Assembly: GCF_009914755.1 (NCBI RefSeq)
Contig: NC_060925.1
DNA from: the human T2T-CHM13v2.0 reference genome, Homo sapiens
DNA length: 64,000 nt
Strand: one strand, 5' to 3'
Shown: piece after piece, positions 1 through 13,795 of the stretch
Layout of the letters: each line of letters begins with the position of its first letter
Position numbering within the stretch: position 1 is the first letter of the stretch
Made by a program: the position numbers and the translations under genes
Notes under the pieces: generated by a model
The model's database searches: none
What the model was told of the DNA's origin: nothing
Seen by the model: only the letters and a program-made list of their open reading frames with translations

Positions 1-764
1 AATGCTCTGCTTTCCTTTTAAACATAAGTTCCAATTCCAAACTCTCTCTTTGTGAATGCATAAAACTGAATGCTATTTTTGGTCACCCAGGCTGGAGTGC
101 AGTGGTGCAATCTTGGCTCACTGCAACCTCCAACTCCCGGGTTCAAGTGACAAGCTTCAGCCTCCTGTGTAGCTGGGATTACAGGCATTCACCACCATGC
201 CCAGCTAATTTTTGTATTTTTAGTAGAGACAGGGTTTCACAATGTTGGCCAGACTGGTCTCAAACTCCTGACCTCATGTGATATGCCCACCTCGGCCTCC
301 CAAAGTGCTGGGATTACAGGTGTGAACCACCATGTCCAGCCAAAACTGAATGCTTTTAAGAGAACCCAGGTCACATCTTCAATGCTTTGCTGCTTAGAAG
401 TTTTTTCTGCCAGATACCCTAAATCATCATCTCAAATTCAAAGTTCTGTAGATTTCTAGGGCAGGAGCAAAATGTCTCCAGTCTCTTTGCAAAATCATAG
501 CAAGAGTGACCTTTACTCCAGTTCTCAGTAAATTTCTCATCTTTATCCAAGACCAGTTCAGCCTGGACTTCATTGTCCATATTACCATGAGCCAGCATTC
601 TGGTCAAAACCATTCAACAATTCTCTAGGAAATTCCAAACTTTTCTCCATCTGTCTTCTAAGCCATCCAAACTGCTCCAACCTCTGCCCGTTACCCAGTT
701 CCAAAGTCATTTCCACAATTTTAGGTTATCTTTATAGCAGTGCTCTCTCCTGGTACCAATTCTC
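1..764 (-). mobile_element. THE1/MST (ERVL-MaLR) internal sequence, 5' part; runs off window start; interrupted by Alu
   Basis: Minus strand reads 'gagaattggtaccagg...gactttggaactgggtaacgggcagaggttggagcagtttgga', the start of THE1/MST-int, directly after the LTR. Confidence 0.85.
76..341 (-). mobile_element. Alu (S-type) lacking its last ~20 nt and poly-A tail
   Basis: Alu motifs 'cccaggctggagtgcagtgg' and 'cccaaagtgctgggattacagg'; flanking direct repeat aaaactgaatgct at 62-74 and 342-354. Confidence 0.95.
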
Positions 765-1131
765 TGTATTAGTCTGTTTTCACACTGCTGTAAAGATACT
801 ACTTGAGACTGGGTAATTTATAAAGAAAGGAGGTTTAACTAACTCACATTTCTGCATGGCTGGGGAGGACTTAGGAAACTTAGAATCATGGTGGAAGGTG
901 AAGAGGAAGCAAGGCACATCTTCATAAAGCAGCAGGAGAGAGAGCGAGCTCAGGGGAAACTGCCACTTTTAAATGCATCAGATCTTGTAAGAACTCCCTC
1001 ACTATCATGAGAACAGTATGGGGGAAACTGCCCCCATGATCCAGTCACCTCCCACTGGGTCCCTACCTTGACATATGGAGATTTCAAGCCAAGATGACAT
1101 TTGTGTGGGGACACAGAGCAAAACCATATTA
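765..1131 (-). mobile_element. THE1D/MSTA-type MaLR LTR (5' LTR of the element)
   Basis: Ends 'tgtattagtctg' ... 'ggggacacagagcaaaaccatatta'; internal 'gactgggtaatttataaagaaa'. Confidence 0.9.
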
Positions 1132-1299
1132 ATATTACTCCAAAGGTATTTATCACATTGAATTTAGGAACCACTTCTCTAAACAGACTTTCTGGAAAAT
1201 CTTATTCAGAGTTAATTCTTTAGCTACTACTTCCTTTGATAATTTCCACATTCATAATGACAACTTAGTTGTTCATTACCTTCAGATCTTTACCTCCAA

Positions 1300-1580
1300 A
1301 GGCTTCCTAGACAAGTCCACCTGGCCATCTCACAGGTACTTCAAACTCAGCAAGTTGAACACTCACCTTGCTGTTATTCTATCTTCTTCATAAATGGCAA
1401 CTCTTTTAGTCTTCCTGAGATGCCTAATTAATGACGACTACACATGGAACAACAGCGAAGTTAAAAATGTCTTTATTCTCTTTACACTGCCATCCAAACA
1501 GTCATCGAATTCTTTTAAGTCTACCTATTTGATAACTTCTCCCCATCCTCATTTCCAGTGCGTCCACACAGGTTTTTGGA
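1300..1580 (+). mobile_element. L2 fragment
   Basis: 'ctcacaggtacttcaaactcagcaag' and 'catccaaacagtcatcgaattc' resemble L2; highly diverged. Confidence 0.5.
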
Positions 1581-1589
1581 TCTTTTGTT

Positions 1590-1880
1590 TCTCTATCTTT
1601 CCCTTCTTTTCTTTTCTCCCTCATGAACTCCTCCACTTCTTCCTTTTCTTCCTCTTCTCTCTCTCTTTCTCTTTCTTTTTCTTAATCTAGTCTCACCTTT
1701 ATTGTTTTACTAGCCTTCTGTCTTGTCTCAATTATCCTACCTTTTCTAAGGTGTTATTCAAAGTATCATCAGGATGATCCTTTCCTTCCTTTTGTTTTCC
1801 TTCCTTTCTTCCTCTTTTCTTTTCTTTCTCCTTTCCTCCCTTTCTTCATTCCTTTCTCTCTTGATCTTTCACTTTTTGAA
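1590..1880. repeat. CT-rich low-complexity tract
   Basis: Two polypyrimidine blocks (~1590-1685 and ~1780-1880). Confidence 0.85.
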
Positions 1881-3819
1881 ATTTAAAAAATACAGAACAA
1901 CCCAAAAAAGAAAATAGCAATAACCCATGTCTTCACCACCCAGAATTAATCACTGCTGAAATTTAGGCACAATTGCATATATTCTTCTTTTATTTTAATA
2001 CAGAAATAGCTTCAAATACCCTTACTCACTTAACTACCTCTTGCCATTGGTAGAGTTCTGGTTGCCATAAGTTTTTCTCTCAACATTGCTTTCTTTTATA
2101 ATTTTCTTTTAAAAATCTCCCCATTGAGCAGAATATTGTTTAGCAGAATATTTTTAAATTATTAAATGCATGGAGGTTTGGTTATTTTTGTGATTGATTT
2201 GTTATAGAATCTCCATGGGTATCAATTAGTAGTATATATTTTTGAGACTTTGTAATGAAAATTATGTTACCTTGTCAAGAAATAATCATTTAGACTTATT
2301 CACTAGTTAAATATGAGATGTAAAGTAGAGAGAAATAAAAAAGAAATATTATTACCTGTGGCATGAACTTGTGATTGCAGTGACAGTAATGAAGCAATTG
2401 AAAAGAAATTTCCATGAATTTGGAAGGAAAAGAATGAGGAGAGGATTAAGTCAAGTCTTAACTATCTATATATTTATGACTGGAAGGTAATGGCTTAAGA
2501 AATAATGGTGAATTAGGACCAAAATATAAAGAAAGTTAAAGATATTAAATGTGAGAGGACAACATGTATTTACCAGATATGAATGCAAAGTACCAGGATA
2601 GGTTTTAAGTTAACACCAGAATTTACATATGCAAATATAACGTTTTGCTCACAATATGTTGCACTGTAATTTTTCTTTTTCCAAGTGCTTGATTCTTCCA
2701 CTCAACTGATTTCTTCGATGCCTAGAATAATATTTAATTTTTCTCATTTGGGCACCTAAACTAGTGCTCAAATATTTATTGATTCAAGAAAAAGAGAGAG
2801 AGAGAAAATAGAAGACAGATGGACGGAAGAAGAAAAGAATTAGGGTCATCCTTTTTAAGGTAGTTGTACTGTAGTGTTACACAGGAATTTTAATGATGCT
2901 GCATTGTTTAGAAAATTTTTGGAACTTTCTTTTGGAGCCTGCCTTCCAAGCTTAAAGATTTTAGAAGCATTCTCAGTGGCAAAACTACTTTATCTTTTGA
3001 GAGTAGATCTTCTTTTGGTAATACTCAGAAGTTAGCTGCAGCCAAGTCTATAGAAAAAAGTAAGATCATTCTTTTCAATAATAGCATATGGAATTAGAAT
3101 ACTAGATGTGACTAAAAGATAAGAACACTGATTTTCTTCTGTGATTTACGTACTATTTCCTGAAGGCAACACTAAAAGAGGAGTCACAGACAATTTTTTT
3201 CTTTTTTAAGCAAATGACACAAAATTGGATTGAGTACGTAGAGTCTCATGATCATTTTTTTAGAAATAAATACTCCTGTATAGGTATGAATTTTGGCATG
3301 TTAATAAGTCATTCTTCTTACTTGTTTTCAGCATTTTATTATGAAAAATCCAAGCATACAAAAAAACTTGAAAAAATGTTACAGTGCATATCTGTATACC
3401 TACCACCTAGATTCTATAATTAACATTTATTACACTTGCTTATCACATATCTATTCACTTAAATATACATCTATCCACCTATAAATCAATTTTATTTTTG
3501 ACACATTTCTCAGTAAATTACAGTCATCAGTATTTATCTTCCTAAATAATTTAACATGCATATGATTAATTACAATTCAACATCTGCAATTTTTCTTTTG
3601 GTATAAAATCTACATAAAATGGAGTAGATAATAGTGTGTTTTTAACAATGTAAAATCATGAGTTTTGACAAATAAATACATTTGTATAAGCCAAATACCT
3701 CTCAAGAACATTACCATAACCCTAGAACAATCCCTAATGTCATCTTCTGATCAATTTGCAAATTCAAACCCAGTCCCACCACCATAGATTATTTTTACTT
3801 GTTTTAGAATTTCATGTAA

Positions 3820-3966
3820 TGGCATGTGCCTGTAGTCCCAGCTACTTGGGAGGCTGAGGCAGGAGAATGCTTGAACCTGGGAGGCTGAGATTTCAGTGAG
3901 CCAAGATCATGTCACTGCACTCCAGCCTGGGAAACAGAGTGAGACTCCATCTCAAAAAAAAAAAAA
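3820..3966 (+). mobile_element. 5'-truncated Alu (right arm only)
   Basis: 'gcctgtagtcccagctacttgggaggctgagg...gagactccatctc' then poly-A; flanking repeat tcatgtaa. Confidence 0.95.
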
Positions 3967-4469
3967 TCATGTAAATAAAACCATACAGTTGTATTTTCTG
4001 TATAAATATTTTTCAATTACTATAACATTTTTGAGATTCATATTGTGAATTGTGTATACATGACTTTTTTTCATTTAAATTGCTCAGTATCATTTCATTC
4101 TATAAATCTATCAGTTTCATTATCTATTCTCCTAATGATAGATATCTGAACTATTTCCAGACTTGGGCTATTATGAACAAAGCTGCTATGAAAAATTTTG
4201 TATCTCTTTGATAAATACCAGGGTCATTGTACAGGCATATGATGATTTTTATAACAACTGCCAGATTTGTTTGCATCTTTTATATTCTCACTAACAATGT
4301 ATAAATTCTACTTACTCTAAAACTTCACCATTATTTTTTGGTGTCAGTCTTTTTAATTCTAGCCATTTTGGTTGGATCTATAGTGGTTTCTCATCATAGT
4401 TTTAATGTGTATTTTTCTGATGACCAATGTTGTTGAACAGATTTTATGTGCTGATTGTTCACTCATATA

Positions 4470-4797
4470 CAGTTGATTCTTTTTATTTATGGTAGTTATG
4501 ATCTACAAAGTCATCGCAAATACTGAATTTGAGGATACTGGCTATTGCTCCTGGAAATAAAGGGTTAGCTTCCTTTGAGCCTCTGGTCCCCAAACTTTAA
4601 TCAGTCAGATTATTGATATATATATATCAATCAGTCAAGATATAATCTTGATTATATTGTTTTATGTGTGTGTTTCTGGTTAAAGACATATTATTCAATA
4701 TGTAGGATTCATTAATTTTGAACTCATTGCCAACAACACTGTCTCAGTCATTGCTGAGTGAAGTTTACCTAATACACACATTTTCTCCAAAAGACAC
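4470..4797 (+). mobile_element. MER82 (TcMar-Tigger) left half
   Basis: TA then 'cagttgattct...ggtagttatg'; colinear with the second copy at 12161. Confidence 0.8.
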
Positions 4798-6552
4798 TAT
4801 AATCAACATTACACAATTACACACACCATGTATAATTCAAAATAATTTGCATTCTGTAGTTGTAGATTATGATATTCTATACATATCAATAAAGCCTTTG
4901 TGGTCAGTGATGTTTTTCAGATCATTTGTGTGTTTATTAAATATTTGTGTAGTTCGGTTGTCAAGAGAGTGGTATTAAAACTCCAATTATGATATTGACA
5001 TTGCCTATTTTCTCTTCCATTTTGTCAGTTTTTATTTATGTATTTTGATTTATAATGTATGTCTTCCTGATGAATTGAACTTTTCATCATTTTGAAGTGA
5101 TTATGATCTCTGTTAACATTTTTCATCTTTAAGTCTATTTTATCTGATATTAATGTCCAGCTATTTCAGCTATTTTACAATTACTATTTACATGGTATAA
5201 AATTTTTTAACCATTTCCTTTCCACATTTCTGTGTATTTATATTTTAAATGCATCTTTTTCAGGCAGTGTTTAGTTGGGTTTTATAGTCTTATTCATTTT
5301 GACAATCTCTACATTTTAATTGAAACATGTATTTCATTAATATGTTTTGTGATTACCAATATGAATGTATGTTGTTCTACTATTTTATTATTTATTTATT
5401 TTTGTCGCTTCTGGTTTTGGTTCCTCTGTTCTTCCTTCCTGCCTTCTTATGGATTATTTGAATATTGTTTTAGACTTCTACCTTAATATATCTATTTGAT
5501 TTCTTTTAACTCTACCTCTTTGCATTATATATATCCTTAAGGTCTCACAGTCTATTTAGAGTAAATATTATACCACATCATGTAAAATATAGGAATCTTG
5601 CATCCTACAGATCCATTTATTGTTCTTCCATTCTTTATGCCATAATTGCCATATATGTGATATCTAGATAAATTATAATCCCTCACAATACATACAATGC
5701 AATAATATGTGTTAGAAACTGTCATATACATTTTATACAAAATGAAAAAATAGTCCATTTTATTTACTCAGATATTCTTTCTGTTTTTTTTTTTTTTCTT
5801 CCTGAAGACTTGTATTTTTATTGGATATCATTTCCTTTTAGTCTCAGGAACTTCATTTACCATTTGTTTTAGTTCAGATCTGTTAAAAACAGATTCTCCT
5901 GAATTTTATTTTTTAAATATGAAGTTACTTTCATATTCGTTATTGAAAAATATATTCACTGAGTATAGAATCCTGGGTGGTGAGGTTTTTTTGTTTTGTT
6001 TTCAGCACTTTAAAAATGTTTCACCACCATCTTCTGTCTTCCACAGTTTCTTTAAGAAGTCAGTGGATTTCAAATCATAGCTCATTATATATAATATGTC
6101 ATTTTACTTTTGCTGCTTTCAATAATTTTCTGTTTCTTTGGTTTTCAGCAGTTTAAATGTTTTGTGCCTGTGGATTTATACATATTTATCCTTTTTGATG
6201 TTTGCTGAGTTTCTCAAATCTGTAAAGTTATGTCTTTCACCAATATGTCCTTATCCCATCTGTCTCTCCTCCTCTTTTGATACTTACACACAGATCTTTA
6301 GGGTTCTGCATTTTTTTCTCTCTTCTTCATATTGAATTATTACTATTGATCTATTTTCAGTCTTCAACTCTTTTTTCTAGTTCTTCATTCTTAATTAAGC
6401 TTAGCCAACTGAAAAATTTTGATCTCAGATATTGTAATTTTCAGTTTAGAAGTTAGATTTGGTGTTTTAATAAATTATCCATTCTTGGTTGAGAGTACTT
6501 TTTTCAGTATTGCAATAATGTTTTATTTATTTAAATGACCATAGTTATAATA

Positions 6553-6626
6553 TTAGGTTGGTGCAAAAGTAATTGCGGGTTTTCCCATTACTTTTAATGG
6601 CAAAAATTGCAATTACGTTTGTACCA
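6553..6626. mobile_element. MADE1 (Hsmar1 MITE), right end clipped
   Basis: 'ttaggttggtgcaaaagtaattgcggg...caattacgtttgtacca', palindromic. Confidence 0.92.
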
Positions 6627-7699
6627 TAGCTGCTGTATACAATTTACTTGTTAACTCTAGCACTAAGGTAAACTTGAGGTTGATTTTTGTTGGTTGTCTT
6701 TTTCTGGAAAATGGGGAACACTTTTCTAATTATTCATAGGTTGAGTAATCTTGGATAGTATTCTGAACATTTTTTTTTCTGTGAAGACCTCAGATTCTAT
6801 TATTTTTTTCTCTGTAGAGTATTAATGTCTTTGTTTTATCAGACAATTAGCATTTGGATTCAACTTGAAAACTTTTATATTTTGGGTTTCAGCTCAAAAC
6901 TCTGTTTTGATTTTATTTTTATCTTTAACTGAACTGTTTTTTATACAATTCATGCATGCCTTTTTTCCCCAGGGGTCAGCAACAACAGACTAGGCTAGTG
7001 CATGTGCATGTGTGTGTGTGTGCTCATGCACATGTGTGTATCTAATATAGGACCCTCCTTCTTCAACTCTCTCTTTTCTAGTATTTACCACTTACTTTCT
7101 AGCAGTCTGTTTATCTCTCACATCTGATTTTGTAGGTCAGAAAAACAGAATTTTCTATTGGGGTGTTAACCACCCATGTAGTACTATCTTCAGCCTGTCC
7201 TCAGGTTGAAAGTCACAAAAATGTATAACTCATCTTGTACTGTTCCATTCCTCATATTTTGACTGCCTTCCAGGTGCTGGTAATTTTTGTTCAATTGCCA
7301 GTGCCTTCAGATTATTGTTTTATTTTGTACTTTGTCTAGAACTTAAAGTTTTTATCTGAGTTGGAAAAGATCAGATCTGATAGCTTAATCAGCTATAACA
7401 GACATGAAACCTTATTATTTCTCAAATGTAAGTCATATTGATACCTAAGTATGGTAAACTGTACAATATAACACTAACAAAATTTCTTCTGAAGTTGGCT
7501 TTATATTGTTTTTATGTATTTTATATTAACTTAATACTAAAATTATGTGTTATATTTATTGTATAAACATAAACTTATATTTTATATTATTTATATCACA
7601 GTATTACATCTATGTTCATTATGTTGTGTATATTTACATATTATTTCCCACAGCAATTATAAAATTTGTTTCAGTAGCACATCCCTAATGTATAATATG

Positions 7700-7950
7700 C
7701 TTTATCATTAAGATCCAACTCAGATGTCATTTCCTTCAAGAAAATTTCCTTTAATGCTCCGTTTTCCCAGGCTCTGCTCCTGTTGAACACCATGAGTATA
7801 TTTATCCCTTCATTTACAACAGGGTATTGCAATTATACATTTATGTGTCACTTTTTCAACTAGTCTGAGAAGTCCTTAGGAAGAGAGCTATGTCCATATT
7901 GCCAGGGTGATGCCTAGCAGAATGAGTGCACATTACATTGCACTCAACAA
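7700..7950 (+). mobile_element. L2 3' fragment
   Basis: 'aactcagatgtcatttcc', 'tgcctagcagaatg...cactcaacaa'. Confidence 0.55.
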
Positions 7951-7964
7951 TTTAAATGACATCT

Positions 7965-8100
7965 GTTGTCTCTCCCACAGAAACCCTCTGAGTATGCAGG
8001 GTGGGTGTTATCATCTTTATTTACAGATGAGAAATGAGACTCTAAGTCATTTAGAGACTTGGCCAAGGTCATACAGCAAAAAAGTGGCAAAGCCAACTCT
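7965..8100 (-). mobile_element. MIR
   Basis: Antisense MIR core 'tttacagatgagaaatgagac...gacttggccaaggtcatacagc'. Confidence 0.75.
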
Positions 8101-8831
8101 TTGTGTTTTGTGTTCAGTACTGAAGTAGTTGGTACAAAGGATTTTTCTTGCCTTCTGAGCAACTTTGTCTTATCATTAAAAGACAACTATTAGTGTAATC
8201 AGTACTAATCTCTACTACATACATGCAATTTTAATAGATCTAAATATAGTGTGTTTGCTTTAAGTAAAAACATATGTATGTATATATGCTTTTTAAACAT
8301 TTGATTAGTCTTGCTAAATTTTGTTGGATGAAACACTTGCTTTAGGATTAAATACTTACATTAAAGCAAAGCTATATACTGCATGTATGATGTCTAATTT
8401 TTTCTCAGGACTTAATTTTCTTCTGCAATTAAATATTCAAAGTCCAGGTTTTCATTGCTACTGATACTAGAGAGAGCCTAGTCCACCTAGGAACACTCTA
8501 TCCATCTGTTCCTTACATACATTATTAAATGAGAGGCAACTAGAAGTTAGGTAAACCCTTGCCAGCTGCAAACTAAATTCTCAGGAGCTTTGGTATGTTC
8601 TATAAATTTCCTAGGGTTCATTGCCAGTTTTTGACTGTAGGGAATTTTAGACTTGGGATATCTGTGTTGAAAAGTTGCATCAAAATTCACTACCCTTTCA
8701 TTATCCTCAGTTTGTAATCTTTGGATACAGTTTCCTAAATCCCTGGAGTCTTTTAAACCACACAGATTTTTTTTTTTTTATTCAGTCTTTCTACTCTACA
8801 TGTTTTTCAAGAAACAAATAAGCCACTTTAC

Positions 8832-9097
8832 CTGTGAACCGGACAATGGGGTCCTGATGAGCACCCTTTGCATGTATTTTGGGAGCCCACAGGAATTAGT
8901 TTGACTATTTACAGATTATAACAGTTGGTAGTTGAATGTTTTATTTTCATTCCCAGTTGGTGCAATATGTTCACAGCTGATGCTAATGGCTGGCCCATTT
9001 GATTTCACATATGGTCCACTATTTGGGGCCCTCTAAGGCTTTCTTTTGTAGTTAGCTTTCTCTAAAGCCATCGTGTATTTGGTTTTGCTTTTGTCTG
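8832..9097 (-). other. Candidate exon of a minus-strand transcript (alternative start 9094 or 9136)
   Basis: Acceptor tttttttcttcatttgacCAG|CAG (NAGNAG) or gatttcctctgcag| at 9136; donor CAG|gtaaag; unique sequence. Confidence 0.25.
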
Positions 9098-10029
9098 CTG
9101 GTCAAATGAAGAAAAAAACCCTCTGAACCTTGGCAGCTGCAGAGGAAATCAACAACTCAGTTGATAAAGATTCAAAGAACTAGGTCAAAATGTCCCAGGA
9201 AGAAGATTTTCGTTAAACACTACAAACAAACAAAATGCTTCTCTACATTTCATGAGACTGAGAGCACACACACAGACGAAGTGTTCTCTTTTGTTTTTCT
9301 TTCTCTTTGAAGCTCTGCCTAAGCTGTCCTTAAGTGTTTTCAGCACGGTTAAGTGTCAGAGAGACCGTGCTGTCCTAGGCATCCATTTACATTGAAAAAC
9401 ATCGTGCCACAAGTCCTTCAGAAAATATTTCCTTTTGGGCAGTTTTTACAACTTAATTTATTTGCTGCTAAAATTCACTAAGGAAGAAAGCATTAAAATT
9501 GAGCTGGAGTCTCTTTGCCAGGACTTATTTCACAAAGCATAGTAGACAAGAAGAGTAGAACTGCAAAATTAATAATATTGGAAACTCAAATGCAAGCACC
9601 CTCCAGCGGTCATTATAATTCGATACACAGTCAGTGTTTATCCTGGCTCTAAACTATAACTGATAAAGCCACAATCTCATAAAAAGATTATTTTCAAGAC
9701 TATTACATTACCCTTTGAGAGCTAAAATACTCATTTATTCATAGTAGCAGATTGTAATAGCTTTAATTCCTTGAGAAGTGGGCATTGTATGATAATTGAG
9801 TGGGCTGGGATGTTAATTGTCCTCCACTTCACCTCTAGATGTTTAACTGCTTATCTCCTCAACCAGCAAACAATAATGTTCCTTATTTGTACCTTACTGT
9901 TCAGATAATTTTGTGAGCTAAGTAATTTTTTTGTAATAAGGAGAAAAGAAAGTATCTGTGCAGAAGAAATATTTAAATAGTGCCACGTTTACATATTAAA
10001 ACCAATTGAAGATGCTGTGGTGTACTTAC

Positions 10030-10061
10030 GGAGCCTTCCAACGGAGCTGCTTATGCAGTAC
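10030..10061 (-). other. Candidate 32-nt microexon
   Basis: ttcctgcatttccaattactctccag|GTACTGCATAAGCAGCTCCGTTGGAAGGCTCC|gtaagt. Confidence 0.45.
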
Positions 10062-11829
10062 CTGGAGAGTAATTGGAAATGCAGGAATATGGCCAAAAAA
10101 TAGAACGACATTAACAGGCATCACTAAATCAATAATGCTTGGTTAGTTTTCGATGCTATTTTCTATTAGGAGCAACTTGTCTCAAACCACATGGCAGAGT
10201 AGCCTCTTACTGTTCAGGGTGTCATGCTGGTGTCCCATGCTGCTTCTTGTCAACCATTGAGATGTGGAGGAATATGCCTACAGGCCATTTTGTGGATCAT
10301 CCACAAAACAATATGCTGCTGTTTTCATACTTTCCTTTTGGGACTTCGTTACAGTTTGAATAAGTTATATAGGGGAAGATGGAGAAAACCTAATAGACAC
10401 TTAACTATCATTTGTTGAGCATCTGTTATATGCCAGGCATTGGGTTGCTTCTAATTTGCACAATATTTCTAGGATTTTGGTGTTAGAAAAATCATTCAAA
10501 ACTTAAAAATAAAACAATGAAGGACTACATATGCTTTCAAAATCATAGTGTACCATTGTTCAATAAGACCAAGGATTATTTGGTTTTTAGGAAATATTCC
10601 TTTGATTAGGGAGCAAATTCTGTTAAAATACATGTTAACTTGTAGATTATTGTTCAGTAGAAATGACAATTATTTCTGCCAATAACTAAATAACTCAAAA
10701 ATGTAAGGTTTTGTTGCTCTGTATGATATTAAATTGTTTTGTCTCCAATTTAGCAAATTTATTTCTGCATGCTTTGCCTGATAGGATATATAACTCTCTG
10801 TTTCTCGAGTTCTCCTTTGAATCAGTTTTATCACCTGGAGTTTTCCTCATTATTGATGTAAATCTTTAAAACATGCTCCTTTTATTTGTACATAGGTTAT
10901 GTTTTTAACTTTTCTGAAATTATATTTTGATAGGATTAAACTGAATCTCAGAATTTATTTTCCCAAGTTGGCAGGCTACTGAGAAGTTGTGTTGTAATCC
11001 AGGTCTGCCTGATTCCAATTATCTTGATGCTTCTATTTCACTCATCATCGTGTTCTTGCCCCAGCCCTTATTAGATAAGGTAAAATTTCAAGTACAAATA
11101 AAATATTGTTTTGCTTCTAGTCCCTGAGTAGCTCCAGGGCTTAGCCTTTCATTCAATTTGTCCAGACTTATTGTCTCTGTAGCCTAATTACTAACACACT
11201 GCATGGTCCACAGTAGGAACACAATAACTTCTTATTAACTCAATGAATAAACAAATGAAAGAACAAAAGAAAAGTAAATAATTGATAATATGCCTCATTG
11301 AGTAACATATTCTTTTAGAGCAAGAAATCTTGCTTATACTAGGGAGGAAAAAATAAACAATAAATTGACAATCTTTTAGAGTAGAATTATTGAGGTATAG
11401 TACAGAACCTATTCTACAAGATATATATGCCCTGATGGGATCTCTTTCTGGATTAAATTTAAATACTTGCCTAAATTATAAACATATTCTATGCTAGGAG
11501 TCTCATCTCTTATAATTACTGGCTTTCAACCCTAGACAAATCTTTTTGGGGTTATCTCTACAATTGCTGAAATTATATCATATTCATCTGATGTACTAGA
11601 TGATTTCTTGAATCTTACAAACTTTTAGGTCTATGGTTTTATGACATTCCTTAGTAGAACAAAATAAATAATCCCCTCTCCTGTTCCCTTTCCTTAGCAT
11701 TCCTGTTGATAACTACACTAAGGTACTCAAAAAGAATAAGAAAGTCAATCAAGATATTGATTAAATGTCTCCTGGGTACCAGTCTCATACCATGTATTTG
11801 GACAACCAAAGATGAATAAGATTCATTCA

Positions 11830-12160
11830 TGTTTTGCCTCCAGGCATTTGTACTTTTTCTCAGCTTCTGAAATGCTAGATCTTCACATGACTTGCCCTTC
11901 ACTTTATTTAGTTCTCTCCTCATATGCTCCATCCTTAGAGAACTCTTATCTAGCCCTTCCATCGTACGTAGCAGCCCCTGCCACTCTCTGTCCTCTCACC
12001 CTGATTTACCTTTTTGTACAGTGCTTATGTATTGATTCATCTTTTACATATAAATATATAGCTCCCTCACTAAACAATAAGACCCACAAGAGGAAGGGAT
12101 TATCTGTTTTATTTATTTTGTATTTCTAGCACCAGGAACAATGCTGGCTCATAGTAAGTA
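11830..12160 (+). mobile_element. L2a 3' fragment
   Basis: 'tatttctagcaccaggaacaatgctggctcatagtaagta' L2 tail region. Confidence 0.65.
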
Positions 12161-13419
<1,259 letters not shown>

Positions 13420-13629
13420 TATTTGGTGATTTCTCAATTGTATTGTGGAGGGATTGTTATGAAGAAGATAATTAAAGAAAAGTTTAAAGAAAAATGAGAC
13501 ACAGTTATTAGACAATGTGGGAATAGATTGTAGATAAACAAAAGCAACAAATATCTTCTAAAAGAGTGTTTCTCATATTTTAATGAATAACAATTACCAG
13601 GAAATTTAATGAATAAATATTACCTGGGT

Positions 13630-13735
13630 GTAGATGTTAATCCTGTTTCAGTAAGTTTGACGTAGGACCTGAGATTCTAACTTTCTAACAAACTTCCAAA
13701 AGACACCAAGGCTGCTATTTGATTAGCAAGGCTTT
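13630..13735. mobile_element. MER5-type hAT fragment
   Basis: 'tcagtaagtttgacgtaggacctgagattctaactttctaacaaacttcc'. Confidence 0.55.
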
Positions 13736-13795
13736 AGAGCCATTTATCAGCTTTCTCATCTTGGGCCATATACTTTATCTCTGAGTCCCAGTTAC

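Larger units (their letters stand above)
3330..7390 (-). mobile_element. Old L1 (L1MC/MD/ME-type) remnants: 3' UTR, ORF2 endonuclease region, ORF1, 5' UTR
   Basis: Antisense L1 motifs 'ggctattatgaacaaagctgctatg', 'aagtctattttatctgatattaat', 'gagtatagaatcctgggt'; interrupted by Alu, MER82, MADE1. Confidence 0.8.

Noticed and set aside
6998-7040. Alternating purine-pyrimidine tract (possible Z-DNA)
   Set aside because: Short, interrupted (TG)n inside L1; common.
13579-13628. ~26-bp imperfect tandem duplication (similar small ones at ~2128, ~37140, ~58285)
   Set aside because: Ordinary slippage products in AT-rich DNA.
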